From the NCBI GenBank assembly GCA_040385645.1, contig JAZKGZ010000016.1, positions 36,935 through 100,934 on the forward strand: 64,000 bases of DNA, written 5' to 3'. Below, in pieces: positions 19,590-29,232 of the stretch. The DNA comes from Pseudomonadota bacterium (GTDB lineage: Bacteria > Pseudomonadota > Gammaproteobacteria > Burkholderiales > Burkholderiaceae_D). How positions within the stretch are numbered: position 1 is the stretch's first letter; each line of letters opens with the position of its first letter. The notes under the pieces were generated by a model that was not told the origin of the DNA, made no database searches, and saw only the letters and a program-made list of their open reading frames with translations. The position numbers and the translations under genes were made by a program.

Positions 19590-21020
19590 TCAAACCGCAG
19601 ACCCGGCAAGGGTACAGGGGCCGCCGGGTGTCGTGGTGCCGTTTCCCGTATCGCCAGGTTCTAAACCGCCGGGTTCCAAAATAACCGGTTCGGAACCGCC
19701 CGGTGCCGGAGGTACCGGCGCTGCAGGGCCGACAACTTCTGGTTCAGGTAGCACCGGGCCACCGATCGATTCTCCTTCGCCAACCGGGTTGCCACATGAA
19801 ACGCTCGTGCACGCCGGCGGCGGGTTTTGTGTACGTGGCGGGTTGCCGGCGTTCGTTGCCACGCCTTGATTGCCAGGCCCGGGGGTTGAGACGGTCGCGC
19901 CCTCGATGGCATCCGACTGCATCTGCATGGTGACATTGGATACCATGGGGATTAAACCGTTTTTGATGCTTTGCGTATGAAACGCGCTGGTACCGGGGTC
20001 GAGCCATTGCAGATAACGACGATACAGAGAACCCACCAGCGGTACCTGCGGCGCGTAGCCGTGGGTGATACGTAATTTCAGTAAATTGGCATCCTGAACG
20101 TTCTGCCCGGAATTTGCCTGCACGATTGCAACTTTTTTGAATGCCAACCCACCGTTCGGAATCACCCGCTGTTCGACCAGGCCCAATTTTTTCTGCAATG
20201 CCGGATCGTTGAAATCCGCAAAACTTTCAGCAGTCGGATTGAGCATGACGATCTCTGTGTTGCCTGCCACGGCCTGTTTGGCTTTTAGATACGATGCTGC
20301 CAGGGCAGCCGCGCTGGTGCCGCCGCCGTAGAGCGGCACCAGCGCTCGAGTGTAGGCCTCGGTAATGCTATCCAAATTCGCATTTTCCACAGAGCCAGCC
20401 CGGGCCGCCATGAACGCAGCATGGTTGTACTGATTTTTTGCAAAAAATATCAACCCGTACTGAAGAGTGGCCAGACCGAGCAGCGTGATGATCGGTGCGA
20501 CGACGGCGAATTCGATCATGGCCGAGCCTTTTTGTCGGCCTACCACCCGAACCGTTTCAGCCTTGGCCGAATAAGATTGATCTGTGGAGCGGGTACGCAA
20601 ACCCGTCGTTTCCCGTGTTGGATCGTCGGACGAGAACGCCGCGTGTCGCAAGCGGTCGCCGATTCTTATGCCCAATAGCCCAATGGTACCTGCTGCCAGT
20701 TCCAGTACGTGTGTAGCCCGCGTATAGGCTTTGCCGGCGGCATCTTTTCCACGCCAGGAGCTGGTGCGCCAGGGCCGCAAATTAGCGACACAGCGGGTGA
20801 CGCTACCCTGCGCATCGAGGTAGAGCAAATCCAGTGGCTGACGCATGAAACACGTATGTACGCTGCAGCAATCGGTCAACAGCATGCCGTAATGTGGATG
20901 CAGCGGCGGTGCCAGCATCAACCCGCTTAATCGACTTAGAAAATTATCAGCCATACGAATATGCAACCGATGCTCGCCTGTAGCAGTCGTCAACGCCGAC
21001 CAATTCGTAGAGGGCCTCAT
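19590..21020 (-). CDS. DUF192 domain fused in frame to a TadE-like pseudopilin with a Pro/Gly-rich C-terminal tail
   Basis: This is a single open frame. The N-terminal part matches DUF192 (COG1430) features as I recall them (SGLM, YGMLL, PLDLLYLDAQGSV, HVLELAAG, IGDRL). About 170 residues in comes a prepilin-like motif plus hydrophobic helix (RQKG/SAMIEFAVVAPIITLLGLATL). The start at MRPSTNW abuts the tadC stop. Confidence 0.7.
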   Translation of the reverse strand: MRPSTNWSALTTATGEHRLHIRMADNFLSRLSGLMLAPPLHPHYGMLLTDCCSVHTCFMRQPLDLLYLDAQGSVTRCVANLRPWRTSSWRGKDAAGKAYTRATHVLELAAGTIGLLGIRIGDRLRHAAFSSDDPTRETTGLRTRSTDQSYSAKAETVRVVGRQKGSAMIEFAVVAPIITLLGLATLQYGLIFFAKNQYNHAAFMAARAGSVENANLDSITEAYTRALVPLYGGGTSAAALAASYLKAKQAVAGNTEIVMLNPTAESFADFNDPALQKKLGLVEQRVIPNGGLAFKKVAIVQANSGQNVQDANLLKLRITHGYAPQVPLVGSLYRRYLQWLDPGTSAFHTQSIKNGLIPMVSNVTMQMQSDAIEGATVSTPGPGNQGVATNAGNPPRTQNPPPACTSVSCGNPVGEGESIGGPVLPEPEVVGPAAPVPPAPGGSEPVILEPGGLEPGDTGNGTTTPGGPCTLAGSAV

Positions 21021-21022
21021 TG

Positions 21023-21955
21023 TCACAACCCGGAATCCATAAATTTCATCACGATCGGAAAAAACAGGACAAGAAAAGTACAAGGAAAAATGAAGGCGAT
21101 CAGTGGGAACAGCATTTTTACCGGCGCTTCCATGGCGAGCTTCTCGGCCCGGAGGAATCGCTCGCTGCGCCGTTGGTCTGCCTGCGCGCGCAGTATCGGG
21201 CCGAGATTCATCCCCATGCTCTCGGCCTGGATGACACCGGTGGTGAAATTGGTGATACTCGGCTCGTTCAGGCGTTGCGCCATGTCGCGCAAGGCGGTCG
21301 CCCGGCTTTTTCCAGCACGGATATCACGGATCGTGCGCTGCATTTCTTCGCGCAGCACACCCTTGGGCCCCTTGGCGACTGCCTGAGCGATCGCACCCTG
21401 AATGTTCAAGCCAGCCTCGACGCACAATGTGATGATGTCCAGAAAAAACGGCAACGTTTTGAGTAGCTCGCTACGACGCGCGGCAAGCCGGTCCCTCAGC
21501 CAAATCGCTGGAAAAGTCCAGCCGAACACTGCGCACACTGCTGCCATTTGCAAATAGGACGCAAGGGAAAAATCCGGGCTCTGTGGACGTGCCGAAGCGA
21601 GAGAACCGAGTATCCAATACCCGATCGTCATCAACACCACGGCGCACAACAACCGGCTGGCAATGAATTGAACGGGATTCAGACAATAATCCAGACCTGC
21701 CTTGCGCAAGCGAATACGTACCGCTTCGTAAGTACGATTTGGCACAATTGGTGCGATGTAGTGGCTGATCCATTGCAGCAGCCACCACGACCAGCGAAAT
21801 CCCAGCGGTGGCGGATCTTTATAGACACGGTCTTCGGGCGGCACGTCGATCGCGGAGCGGCTGAGCAACCACACCACCAGTGCCGCAGCGAGGCCTGCCG
21901 CCAGCGCGATCAAATAGGTAACCAATGTGACGTTTCGAATAAAAAATTCAGACAA
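21023..21955 (-). CDS. tadC: Tad pilus inner-membrane platform protein TadC (T2SS F family)
   Basis: 310 aa with TM segments and a GspF-like cytoplasmic domain. Its position follows tadB. Confidence 0.85.
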   Translation of the reverse strand: MSEFFIRNVTLVTYLIALAAGLAAALVVWLLSRSAIDVPPEDRVYKDPPPLGFRWSWWLLQWISHYIAPIVPNRTYEAVRIRLRKAGLDYCLNPVQFIASRLLCAVVLMTIGYWILGSLASARPQSPDFSLASYLQMAAVCAVFGWTFPAIWLRDRLAARRSELLKTLPFFLDIITLCVEAGLNIQGAIAQAVAKGPKGVLREEMQRTIRDIRAGKSRATALRDMAQRLNEPSITNFTTGVIQAESMGMNLGPILRAQADQRRSERFLRAEKLAMEAPVKMLFPLIAFIFPCTFLVLFFPIVMKFMDSGL

Positions 21956-21982
21956 ATGCCTGCTCCCAATGTCAGACGTCGA

Positions 21983-22843
21983 TCAAACGTCGATAGCGAT
22001 GATTTTTCGAATCACATACACACCAAGGCATTCCAAAAAACCGACGATTGCCAACGTCGCCCAGCCGAGACGGCTGTGCCATAGCAATGCCATGGCTTCA
22101 GGCTCCATGTGATTAAGTACCAGCATCAACACCAGCGGCAACAGGCCGACGACCCAAGCCTGTAGTTTTCCCTGAGCCGTAAGCGCGCCGATCTTGCCTT
22201 CCATTTGCATGCGGCTACGGATGGTTTGCGCGGTACGTTCCAGTGTTTCAGCAAGCCCGCCACCGGTTTCGGTAGCGATACGCATCGCGCACACAACCAG
22301 CGCCGTGGTTTGGGTGGGAACGCGCCGCGCCAGATTGGAAAGGCTCTGCTCGAGGGTCACGCCCAGACGCTGCTCACGCAGCACCAGCGAAAATTCCTGC
22401 GCCAGCGGTGCCTGCGCTTCGGCTACCAGTTGCTGCAGTGCCGACGAAAAGCCGGCACCTGCACGCAAACCGCCGCACAGCATCATGAGCGCATCGGGCA
22501 GCTGCTGTTCGAATTTTTGAAATCGGCGCTTACGCATCGTTGCATAGAGCAAACGGGGTAACAGTGCGAACGCCGAGCCGACCCCCAACGCCAGTAAAAT
22601 CGACCCGCTCAGCAACCAAGCTAGCAAACCACCGAGTATCATGATGGCAAGATTGACGATGAATAGCCGTGAGGGATCGATGAACAGGAAAAACTCCTGC
22701 ACCTGAAATTTTGCCCGCTCGGTGAAATTTTCCCGATAACGCGACAATGTGACGGTACCGACATCGATAACGAACCAGGTCAGCAACGCCACCGACATCG
22801 CCACGACGAGTGAAATCAAGATCAGAAGCTGCGTGCCACTCAT
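21983..22843 (-). CDS. tadB: Tad pilus inner-membrane platform protein TadB
   Basis: 286 aa with T2SS F-type layout. Its start overlaps the ATPase stop by 4 nt. Confidence 0.85.
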   Translation of the reverse strand: MSGTQLLILISLVVAMSVALLTWFVIDVGTVTLSRYRENFTERAKFQVQEFFLFIDPSRLFIVNLAIMILGGLLAWLLSGSILLALGVGSAFALLPRLLYATMRKRRFQKFEQQLPDALMMLCGGLRAGAGFSSALQQLVAEAQAPLAQEFSLVLREQRLGVTLEQSLSNLARRVPTQTTALVVCAMRIATETGGGLAETLERTAQTIRSRMQMEGKIGALTAQGKLQAWVVGLLPLVLMLVLNHMEPEAMALLWHSRLGWATLAIVGFLECLGVYVIRKIIAIDV

Positions 22844-24723
22844 GACTTGGCACCGAACCCGTGATCGACATCGGCGTTGAAGCCGGCGTTGAAATCACCA
22901 TCGAGACCGTCCTCGCGTACCGTGCGGTTGAGCTTGAAAATTCCTAAGTCGAGGTCGTTACCGAAGGCACGCAACTCTTCATAAAAACTCGGTACCAGAT
23001 CGCAGCCGGTGAAGTAGCCCTGGACTTTTCCACCAGTACCCGTGTAGCCCTGATTGACGAATTTAAACAATTCTTGTAACTGAATTTTTCCGCTTTCCAT
23101 ACCGGTGATTTCGCTAATTCCGGTCACCTTGCGTGAGCCGCAGGAAAAGCGTGTTTGCTGCACCACGATATGCACGGCACTGGCAATTTGTTCACGGATG
23201 GCTTGCAGCGGCAGATCCATACCGGCCATCAGCACCATCGTTTCCAGGCGTGCCAAACCGTCTCGGGCGGAGTTCGCATGCAAAGTCGTGAGGGAACCTT
23301 CATGGCCGGTATTCATCGCCTGCAGCATGTCGAGCGCTTCGGCACCGCGACATTCGCCGACCACGATCCGATCCGGGCGCATGCGCAGCGTATTGCGCAC
23401 CAGTTCCCGGATCATGACGCCGCCCTTGCCTTCAGCATTCGGCGGGCGCGACTCCAGGCTGATCAGATGCTCGTGATGAAGCTTGAGTTCGGCAGCATCT
23501 TCGACGGTGACCACCCGCTCGCCCATCGGAATGAAATTGGACAAAATATTGAGCAGCGTGGTTTTGCCCGAACCCGTGCCGCCGGAAACGATGATGTTTT
23601 TGCGCGCCGTAACGCACAATTCAAGAAACGTCGCCATCTCGGCGCTGATGGCGTTAAACGCCACCAGGTCATCGACGCCGAGCTTGCGTTTGGCAAATTT
23701 ACGGATCGTCAGGCATGGGCCTTTCAAGGCCAGCGGCGGAATGATGGCATTGACACGGGAACCGTCTTTGAGCCGAGCATCGACCATCGGCGACGATTCG
23801 TCGATACGACGCCCCAACGGTGCGACGATGCGCTCGATGACGCCCATCACTGCACGATCATCGGTAAAGGTCATGGGATGCCGAAGCAGGCGACCCGCCC
23901 GTTCGACATATATTTCGTCGAAGCGATTGACCATGATTTCAGTCACGCTGTCGTCGGCCAGCAATTCTTCGAGCGGCCCCAGGCCGATTGCCTCATCGAG
24001 TACCTGGCGGCATAAGAGATGCCGATCGAGCTCGGCAGGCAGTGCGTCGCCGGCACCGTCGAGAAGCTGCTGAATCAGACGTTCGGTTTCCACACGCAAC
24101 TGTTCGTCGGACATGCCATGCGTGTCGTGGCGACGCAAATCCATGGTTTCGAGTAACGACGCATGTAGCTGTTTGCGCCATTTGAATTCGAGCTCTCGCC
24201 GGCCAGGCTCAGGCGTGACAATCAAAGAAAAATTGGCACTTTCTCCAGCCTGCAGCGAGATGGTTTGCGCACGTTCTGCAGCAAGCCGTGATTCGCGAAT
24301 CTCTTCGGCTGCCCGTTGTGTGCGATGGGCCGTTGCGCTGGAGCGCGAACGGGGATGCGCCACAGGCATTCCGTGAGAGCTGCTGGCAATAGCGGCCGGA
24401 TGTTCCAGCAACCGCAGTTTATAGGGACCGATTTCAATGATATCGGTGGCTTTGAGCGGTCCGAATTGCATATCGATCTTGCGACCGTTGACACTCACGC
24501 CAGAAAAGGCGCCCATATCTTCCAGCAACACGCCGGCAGGCGTGCGAAAAAGCCGCGCATGCTCTTTACTGACACGCCAGCTATCCAGACGAATCTCGTT
24601 ACGAGCACCCTTGCCGATGACGACTTCGTCCGGCACTTCCATCTGACTGGCACTGCCCTGCGGATCCTGAATCTCAACGGTCAACATGGTTTTATTGATT
24701 CCCGAAATCCAAGCCCGCGCCAT
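22840..24723 (-). CDS. tadA: CpaF/TadA secretion ATPase with an N-terminal FHA domain
   Basis: FHA region (VVIGKGARNEIRLDSWRVSKEHARLF...SGVSVNGRKI), then a CpaF core (Walker A GGTGSGKTT, Asp box, GHEGSLTTLHANS). Confidence 0.9.
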   Translation of the reverse strand: MARAWISGINKTMLTVEIQDPQGSASQMEVPDEVVIGKGARNEIRLDSWRVSKEHARLFRTPAGVLLEDMGAFSGVSVNGRKIDMQFGPLKATDIIEIGPYKLRLLEHPAAIASSSHGMPVAHPRSRSSATAHRTQRAAEEIRESRLAAERAQTISLQAGESANFSLIVTPEPGRRELEFKWRKQLHASLLETMDLRRHDTHGMSDEQLRVETERLIQQLLDGAGDALPAELDRHLLCRQVLDEAIGLGPLEELLADDSVTEIMVNRFDEIYVERAGRLLRHPMTFTDDRAVMGVIERIVAPLGRRIDESSPMVDARLKDGSRVNAIIPPLALKGPCLTIRKFAKRKLGVDDLVAFNAISAEMATFLELCVTARKNIIVSGGTGSGKTTLLNILSNFIPMGERVVTVEDAAELKLHHEHLISLESRPPNAEGKGGVMIRELVRNTLRMRPDRIVVGECRGAEALDMLQAMNTGHEGSLTTLHANSARDGLARLETMVLMAGMDLPLQAIREQIASAVHIVVQQTRFSCGSRKVTGISEITGMESGKIQLQELFKFVNQGYTGTGGKVQGYFTGCDLVPSFYEELRAFGNDLDLGIFKLNRTVREDGLDGDFNAGFNADVDHGFGAKS

Positions 24724-26395
24724 CGAACGGTTTCGTCGCCGGACGGCCGGATGCAGCGGGTACAGTCACTTTCTCTGGTGCGCGATTGAATTCGGCTGCC
24801 GGCATATTGGGCTGCAGCGGATCGCTCAGGTACGGAGGGCGACCGAGTTGCTGTTCCAATCGCTGCGTGGCACGGCCGACGCGGTCGACCAGGCCGGGCG
24901 ATTTGCTATCGACCACGCTCGGTGTGACGAATACCACCAGTTCGGTTTCTTTATTCTGGAATCGTTTCGAGCGAAACAGTGCACCTAAAACCGGTATATC
25001 GCCCAGCAGCGGCACTTTATCGATGTCGGTGCTGGTATTACGCTGCAGCAGGCCGGACAAAATAATGGTTTCTCCGCTACGAACATTGAATTCCGTATCG
25101 GTCTTGCGTGTCAGTAGTGCCGGGCCGGCAGGCGAACTGACCGACGCATCGATCGAGCTGACTTCGGCTTGAATGGTTGCGCGAATGACGCCATTGCGAT
25201 CGACCTTCGGGCTGATATCGAGCTTGATACCGTATGGTTTGAAAACGACCGTCACGCCGCTGACGCTGGCGACCGAATAGGGAAATTCACCGCCGGCTAG
25301 AAAGCTCGCTTTGGCGCCGTTACGCGCCGATAGCTGAGGCTCGGCCAGAATGGTCGCACGGCCTTCTTGCTCCAGAAGATTGAGTTGCGCGCTCAAGCCG
25401 AGGTTCAAGCCACCGAGGATATTCAGCGAACTCGGCAACGGCACGCCATTCGTCGTATCCGCGGTGGTCAAAGGTAGCCCACCCTGATCGGATGGAATAT
25501 TTAAGGTGTATTGCGTTCCGCGCGGCGGATTACCGGCACGGATCGGCAACCAGGTGGCAGCAAGCGTACTGCCACCCACTGCACGCCACTTCAAACCCAC
25601 TTCGCGTAATTCCGATTTAGGAAATTCGACGACCTTCACATCCATCATGACCATCTGTTCCCAACCGATGCGGTTGGTAAAATTCACCAACTGTGCATAG
25701 CGCTTTTCCAATTGGTCGATTTTCGCCATGTCTGCGTCCGACAGATTGTCGCCTTCGACAATCACCTTGTCGCCCACGACCGATGTTTTGGCATTTGGAA
25801 TTCCTCCCAGGAACAACGCAATTTCACGCGCGACACGCGCCGTATCGGCGGTGATGATGTTGATCCGGATACGCTGGTAGCGGCCATCCTCGTTCCAGAC
25901 GAACAGCGACGAGGTACCGGCCGCATTGGCAAAAACGATGACTTCTTTTTTATCGAGCGCGGCCGCGGTCATGATCTGGCCATTACCCACTGCGATACGT
26001 CCGACGTTCGGTGCCGGAAAAACTCTGGATTCACCGACGAACATCTCGATTTCCGGCACGTTCGCCGGCTCGTCCTGCTTTTTGATCGGCGCATAGGGTT
26101 TGGCATTCGCACCTGCTTTGCGGCGCACGAGCGGCTGCAAATTTTCGGCATAGCCGTTACGCACATCGGTCGGTGCTGTGGTTGCAGACGAGTTTGTTAG
26201 AGACGAGTTTGTTGCAGGCGGCACCGTTGCCGAAGGTGCATTCACATTCGGCGCGGGATTCGCTGGCGGCGTAGCGATCACCTGCGCTTGCCCGACACTA
26301 CATCCTAGAGCTGCTATTCCAGCGAAAGCGAACCCAAGCACTGCGCGCATTGATGCAAAAAAGGCAAGTGGCCGACGACGACTGTTGATGCTCAT
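24692..26395 (-). CDS. cpaC: Tad secretin RcpA/CpaC
   Basis: Signal peptide after the internal start MSINSRRRPLAFF. BON/pilus N-domain and secretin C-domain (GETIILSGLL, VPLLGDIPVLGALFRS). Confidence 0.88.
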   Translation of the reverse strand: MSINSRRRPLAFFASMRAVLGFAFAGIAALGCSVGQAQVIATPPANPAPNVNAPSATVPPATNSSLTNSSATTAPTDVRNGYAENLQPLVRRKAGANAKPYAPIKKQDEPANVPEIEMFVGESRVFPAPNVGRIAVGNGQIMTAAALDKKEVIVFANAAGTSSLFVWNEDGRYQRIRINIITADTARVAREIALFLGGIPNAKTSVVGDKVIVEGDNLSDADMAKIDQLEKRYAQLVNFTNRIGWEQMVMMDVKVVEFPKSELREVGLKWRAVGGSTLAATWLPIRAGNPPRGTQYTLNIPSDQGGLPLTTADTTNGVPLPSSLNILGGLNLGLSAQLNLLEQEGRATILAEPQLSARNGAKASFLAGGEFPYSVASVSGVTVVFKPYGIKLDISPKVDRNGVIRATIQAEVSSIDASVSSPAGPALLTRKTDTEFNVRSGETIILSGLLQRNTSTDIDKVPLLGDIPVLGALFRSKRFQNKETELVVFVTPSVVDSKSPGLVDRVGRATQRLEQQLGRPPYLSDPLQPNMPAAEFNRAPEKVTVPAASGRPATKPFDGAGLDFGNQ

Positions 26396-26438
26396 GGCGT
26401 TATTTCTTAAAAAGAGGGAAAGCGGTGAAATGTCGCGG

Positions 26439-27395
26439 TCAACGCGCAACGGATGAATTTTGTGAAATCCGACCGGCACCGCCCGGCGGCAACGCCTGTA
26501 TCGAAGAAGGCGCGCCACGCATGGCTGAAGAAAGTGCCGTTTCGAACTCGCTCACAACCGCTTTAGCCGGCCTGGACCGCGCCATCGAGAGCGCCTCGGG
26601 TGTCATCGTCGCGTTTCCGCCGTAGAGCACCGGAATGCCTTCTTCCGGCGTCGCGCTTTGGTGCGTGGCACTACCCAGCAATTCGGCCATGTTGACATTG
26701 GCACCGGCGATACGGCTTTTATCTTCGGGATTGCGTAACAATGCGGTGATCCTGCCGGCGTCACGCGCCATGATGACGTTTTGCGCTTCGGCAGGTGTCG
26801 TATCGATGGTCACCGTGGAATACTGGCGGCGCTCGCCGTCCCGCGGGCTGTCGGACGCCTGTTGCCCGGTCGCCATGACTTGCACGCTCTGTAATAACGG
26901 GCGCGTGATTTTTTTCCCTCTACTATCGACCGTTACCAGCAAATCGATCAGGTCGCCAGGCTCGAGCATGCCGGAAATTGAATTGATTTCATCGACCGCG
27001 ACCGTCATGGCCCGATGTCCGGACTCGACTTTTGCAGAAAAAGTCGGCGAGCGTTTGGTTTCCATCAAACCCCACAGAATCATTTCTCCTGCGCGAACCG
27101 GATAAGCCAGGGCTTGTCCGTCCACCCGATCGAAGGTATCCGGTGAGATGGCTGCCGAATGCGCGTAGTCGATCGGAATGGCGCGCACGGCGACGGTGTC
27201 GGAAGTGATCTTGTCACCCCGCTTGAGTTCGCGGCTGGCGACGACGACGTTGACCGTCTTGCTTTTGCCTCGCGCTTCGATCGCTTGCACCTGGGTAGAA
27301 AGGTAGGTACGAGCCGCCAGCGCTGCCATGGCTCCGATTACCAGCGCGATACCGAGAATGATCCAGGTTTTGTTGAGTTTGAATCGAGTTTTCAC
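26439..27395 (-). CDS. cpaB: Flp pilus assembly protein CpaB/RcpC
   Basis: GTG start (VKTRFKLNKTWIILGIALVIGAMAALAA), SAF-like domain (VVVASRELKRGDKI). Its position is upstream of the secretin gene. Confidence 0.8.
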   Translation of the reverse strand: MKTRFKLNKTWIILGIALVIGAMAALAARTYLSTQVQAIEARGKSKTVNVVVASRELKRGDKITSDTVAVRAIPIDYAHSAAISPDTFDRVDGQALAYPVRAGEMILWGLMETKRSPTFSAKVESGHRAMTVAVDEINSISGMLEPGDLIDLLVTVDSRGKKITRPLLQSVQVMATGQQASDSPRDGERRQYSTVTIDTTPAEAQNVIMARDAGRITALLRNPEDKSRIAGANVNMAELLGSATHQSATPEEGIPVLYGGNATMTPEALSMARSRPAKAVVSEFETALSSAMRGAPSSIQALPPGGAGRISQNSSVAR

Positions 27396-27408
27396 GCTGC
27401 TCTCTTGA

Positions 27409-27600
27409 TTAGGTCGGAAGGGAAATTGCGTAGCTAAAGTTACGATAGCTATCTTGGAACGCATTAACGAGCTGCCACAAAACACTTTCCTGGTCGATCA
27501 TGCCGATGCCCAATGCAAGCACCAGCACGCCGCAAACTACGACATACTCGACCATCGATTGGCCGCCCTCGTGGCGAGGGTGCTGACAGCGTCGTTTCAT
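27409..27600 (-). CDS. Small Flp-type prepilin-like protein (63 aa)
   Basis: GG/QSMVEYVVVCGVLVLALGIG fits the G/XXXXEY motif followed by a hydrophobic helix. ATGA overlap with the upstream gene. Confidence 0.6.
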   Translation of the reverse strand: MKRRCQHPRHEGGQSMVEYVVVCGVLVLALGIGMIDQESVLWQLVNAFQDSYRNFSYAISLPT

Positions 27601-28409
27601 TTGTAAGCCTGTAAAGTCGCTACGGTGTTGAGCACGATTGCCGTACGCTCGCCGGTACGCGTGATGACTGCCATCGCTTCCTTGCCGGCTGCTTTGAAGT
27701 AAAGCGTCGAGGCACCAGCCATTTGTGGCGGCAGACTGCGTGAGGCACTTGCGTCTGCATGCACCTCACGTTCCAGCACGTAGCCGTCTTTGCCGAGCAT
27801 TGCGACGACTGCTTCCCGATTGCGCTGCTGGCCATGTGTATTGACAATGACGATATGCCGCGCGGACTTGCCCTGGTCGTCCGAAGCCATGTCGCTGGCA
27901 ATGCTCGAACCCGCAGGAAGGCGGTCGAGCAGACGTAGCCTGTCGACACGCTGCTGTTCATGATTTTTAGATACGGATTCCATATCAACCACTGCGATCG
28001 TGCCCTGACTACCCGTCGTTCTATCTGTGCTGCGCGCCTCGATCTGCACCGTTACATAAAACCCTTCCAGCGCCCTACCTAACACTTGTTTATTGCCACT
28101 GACGTTCTCGACCACCGGTTCGCCCAGGCTACGGCGAAAGGCCGATGTCAGGGCTTTTGGTGGTAGCGGCGATACGAATCCGGTCAACCGCATCGGCATG
28201 CCGCTTATTACCATTCGCTCACCGATGGCGTAGGTCGACACCCCTTCTGGCAAACCCACCGAAGGCCAGCGTTGCGTTGCCAGAGCCGGAAGCGCCCAAA
28301 CCAGGAGGCCGATCACTAACACGACACTGGCGCAACTGGCACGCACCGACTGCTTCAGGCGACCACCGCTACAGGTGCATATAAGCCTCATCGAAAGCTC
28401 ACTGACCAT
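27597..28409 (-). CDS. Hypothetical exported protein of the tad locus (270 aa)
   Basis: N-terminal hydrophobic segment (VVLVIGLLVWALPALA). Translationally coupled on both sides. No motif recognised. Confidence 0.5.
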   Translation of the reverse strand: MVSELSMRLICTCSGGRLKQSVRASCASVVLVIGLLVWALPALATQRWPSVGLPEGVSTYAIGERMVISGMPMRLTGFVSPLPPKALTSAFRRSLGEPVVENVSGNKQVLGRALEGFYVTVQIEARSTDRTTGSQGTIAVVDMESVSKNHEQQRVDRLRLLDRLPAGSSIASDMASDDQGKSARHIVIVNTHGQQRNREAVVAMLGKDGYVLEREVHADASASRSLPPQMAGASTLYFKAAGKEAMAVITRTGERTAIVLNTVATLQAYK

Positions 28410-29232
28410 TTTGCGGCGATGCGGGGGGTGTTGTAGATACCAGTCGGTCTGCGGGCACCACGTCGCGCCAGGCTTTCAAATTGCCAAATTTCGGCGCATC
28501 GACCTTACCCATATCGAGGAAGAACACCGCCAAATCGATCACCGGCGATACGGCAGACAAGGCTGCGTTCAATGGTGCCAGCCGCTCTACCCGGTCTTCG
28601 GTGCGTTCGGTATCGGGCGCGCTCCACGGATCGAACAACAAACTGGTGTGACGTCGGATGGAAAGATCGAGCGTGTCGAAAGGCTCGATACTGTTGATGC
28701 CCGACGGAAGGTTCGCCAACCCTACCGAAACATTCGCGGTGTACACCCCAGGTGCAGGCAGACCGATTTTGCTAGCAGTGGCGAGCGGAATCGCATTGAA
28801 AGGCTTGCCATCGGCGGCACCTTCGAAACCACTTGCCTGCGTAGCTGCATTGTTGCCAAAAGATACGGCCACATCACCAAAATTTCGAATCAACGCGTTA
28901 CCGTAAGGGTCACGCCAGGCCAGGTTGCGGTCCGCATCGAATTCCCCGGCGACATCGCCGGTTTTAACGGGTGCATTGGCATTGCCGTAATAGCGTCGGC
29001 GAATTTCGTCGGCCAATTGTGCCGGGGGCTTCCAGGGGTTGTAGCCGACCGTGTTACCAAAGATAGTGGCATCGAATGCGGCATAGCGACTCGCCATCTG
29101 CGTTGCATGAGCGAGATCCTGATATTTGCCGATCATTGGTAAAAGCAGAAACAACGGCACCATCGCCACGGCGATTACCAGAAACTCGGTGAGCGCCTGG
29201 CCGCTTTGCTTGGAAACATCGATCGATTTCAT
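28399..29232 (-). CDS. TadE-like pseudopilin
   Basis: KQSG/QALTEFLVIAVAMVPLFLLL, then KYQDLAHATQMASRYAAF, which is typical of TadE-like proteins. Confidence 0.7.
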   Translation of the reverse strand: MKSIDVSKQSGQALTEFLVIAVAMVPLFLLLPMIGKYQDLAHATQMASRYAAFDATIFGNTVGYNPWKPPAQLADEIRRRYYGNANAPVKTGDVAGEFDADRNLAWRDPYGNALIRNFGDVAVSFGNNAATQASGFEGAADGKPFNAIPLATASKIGLPAPGVYTANVSVGLANLPSGINSIEPFDTLDLSIRRHTSLLFDPWSAPDTERTEDRVERLAPLNAALSAVSPVIDLAVFFLDMGKVDAPKFGNLKAWRDVVPADRLVSTTPPASPQNGQ

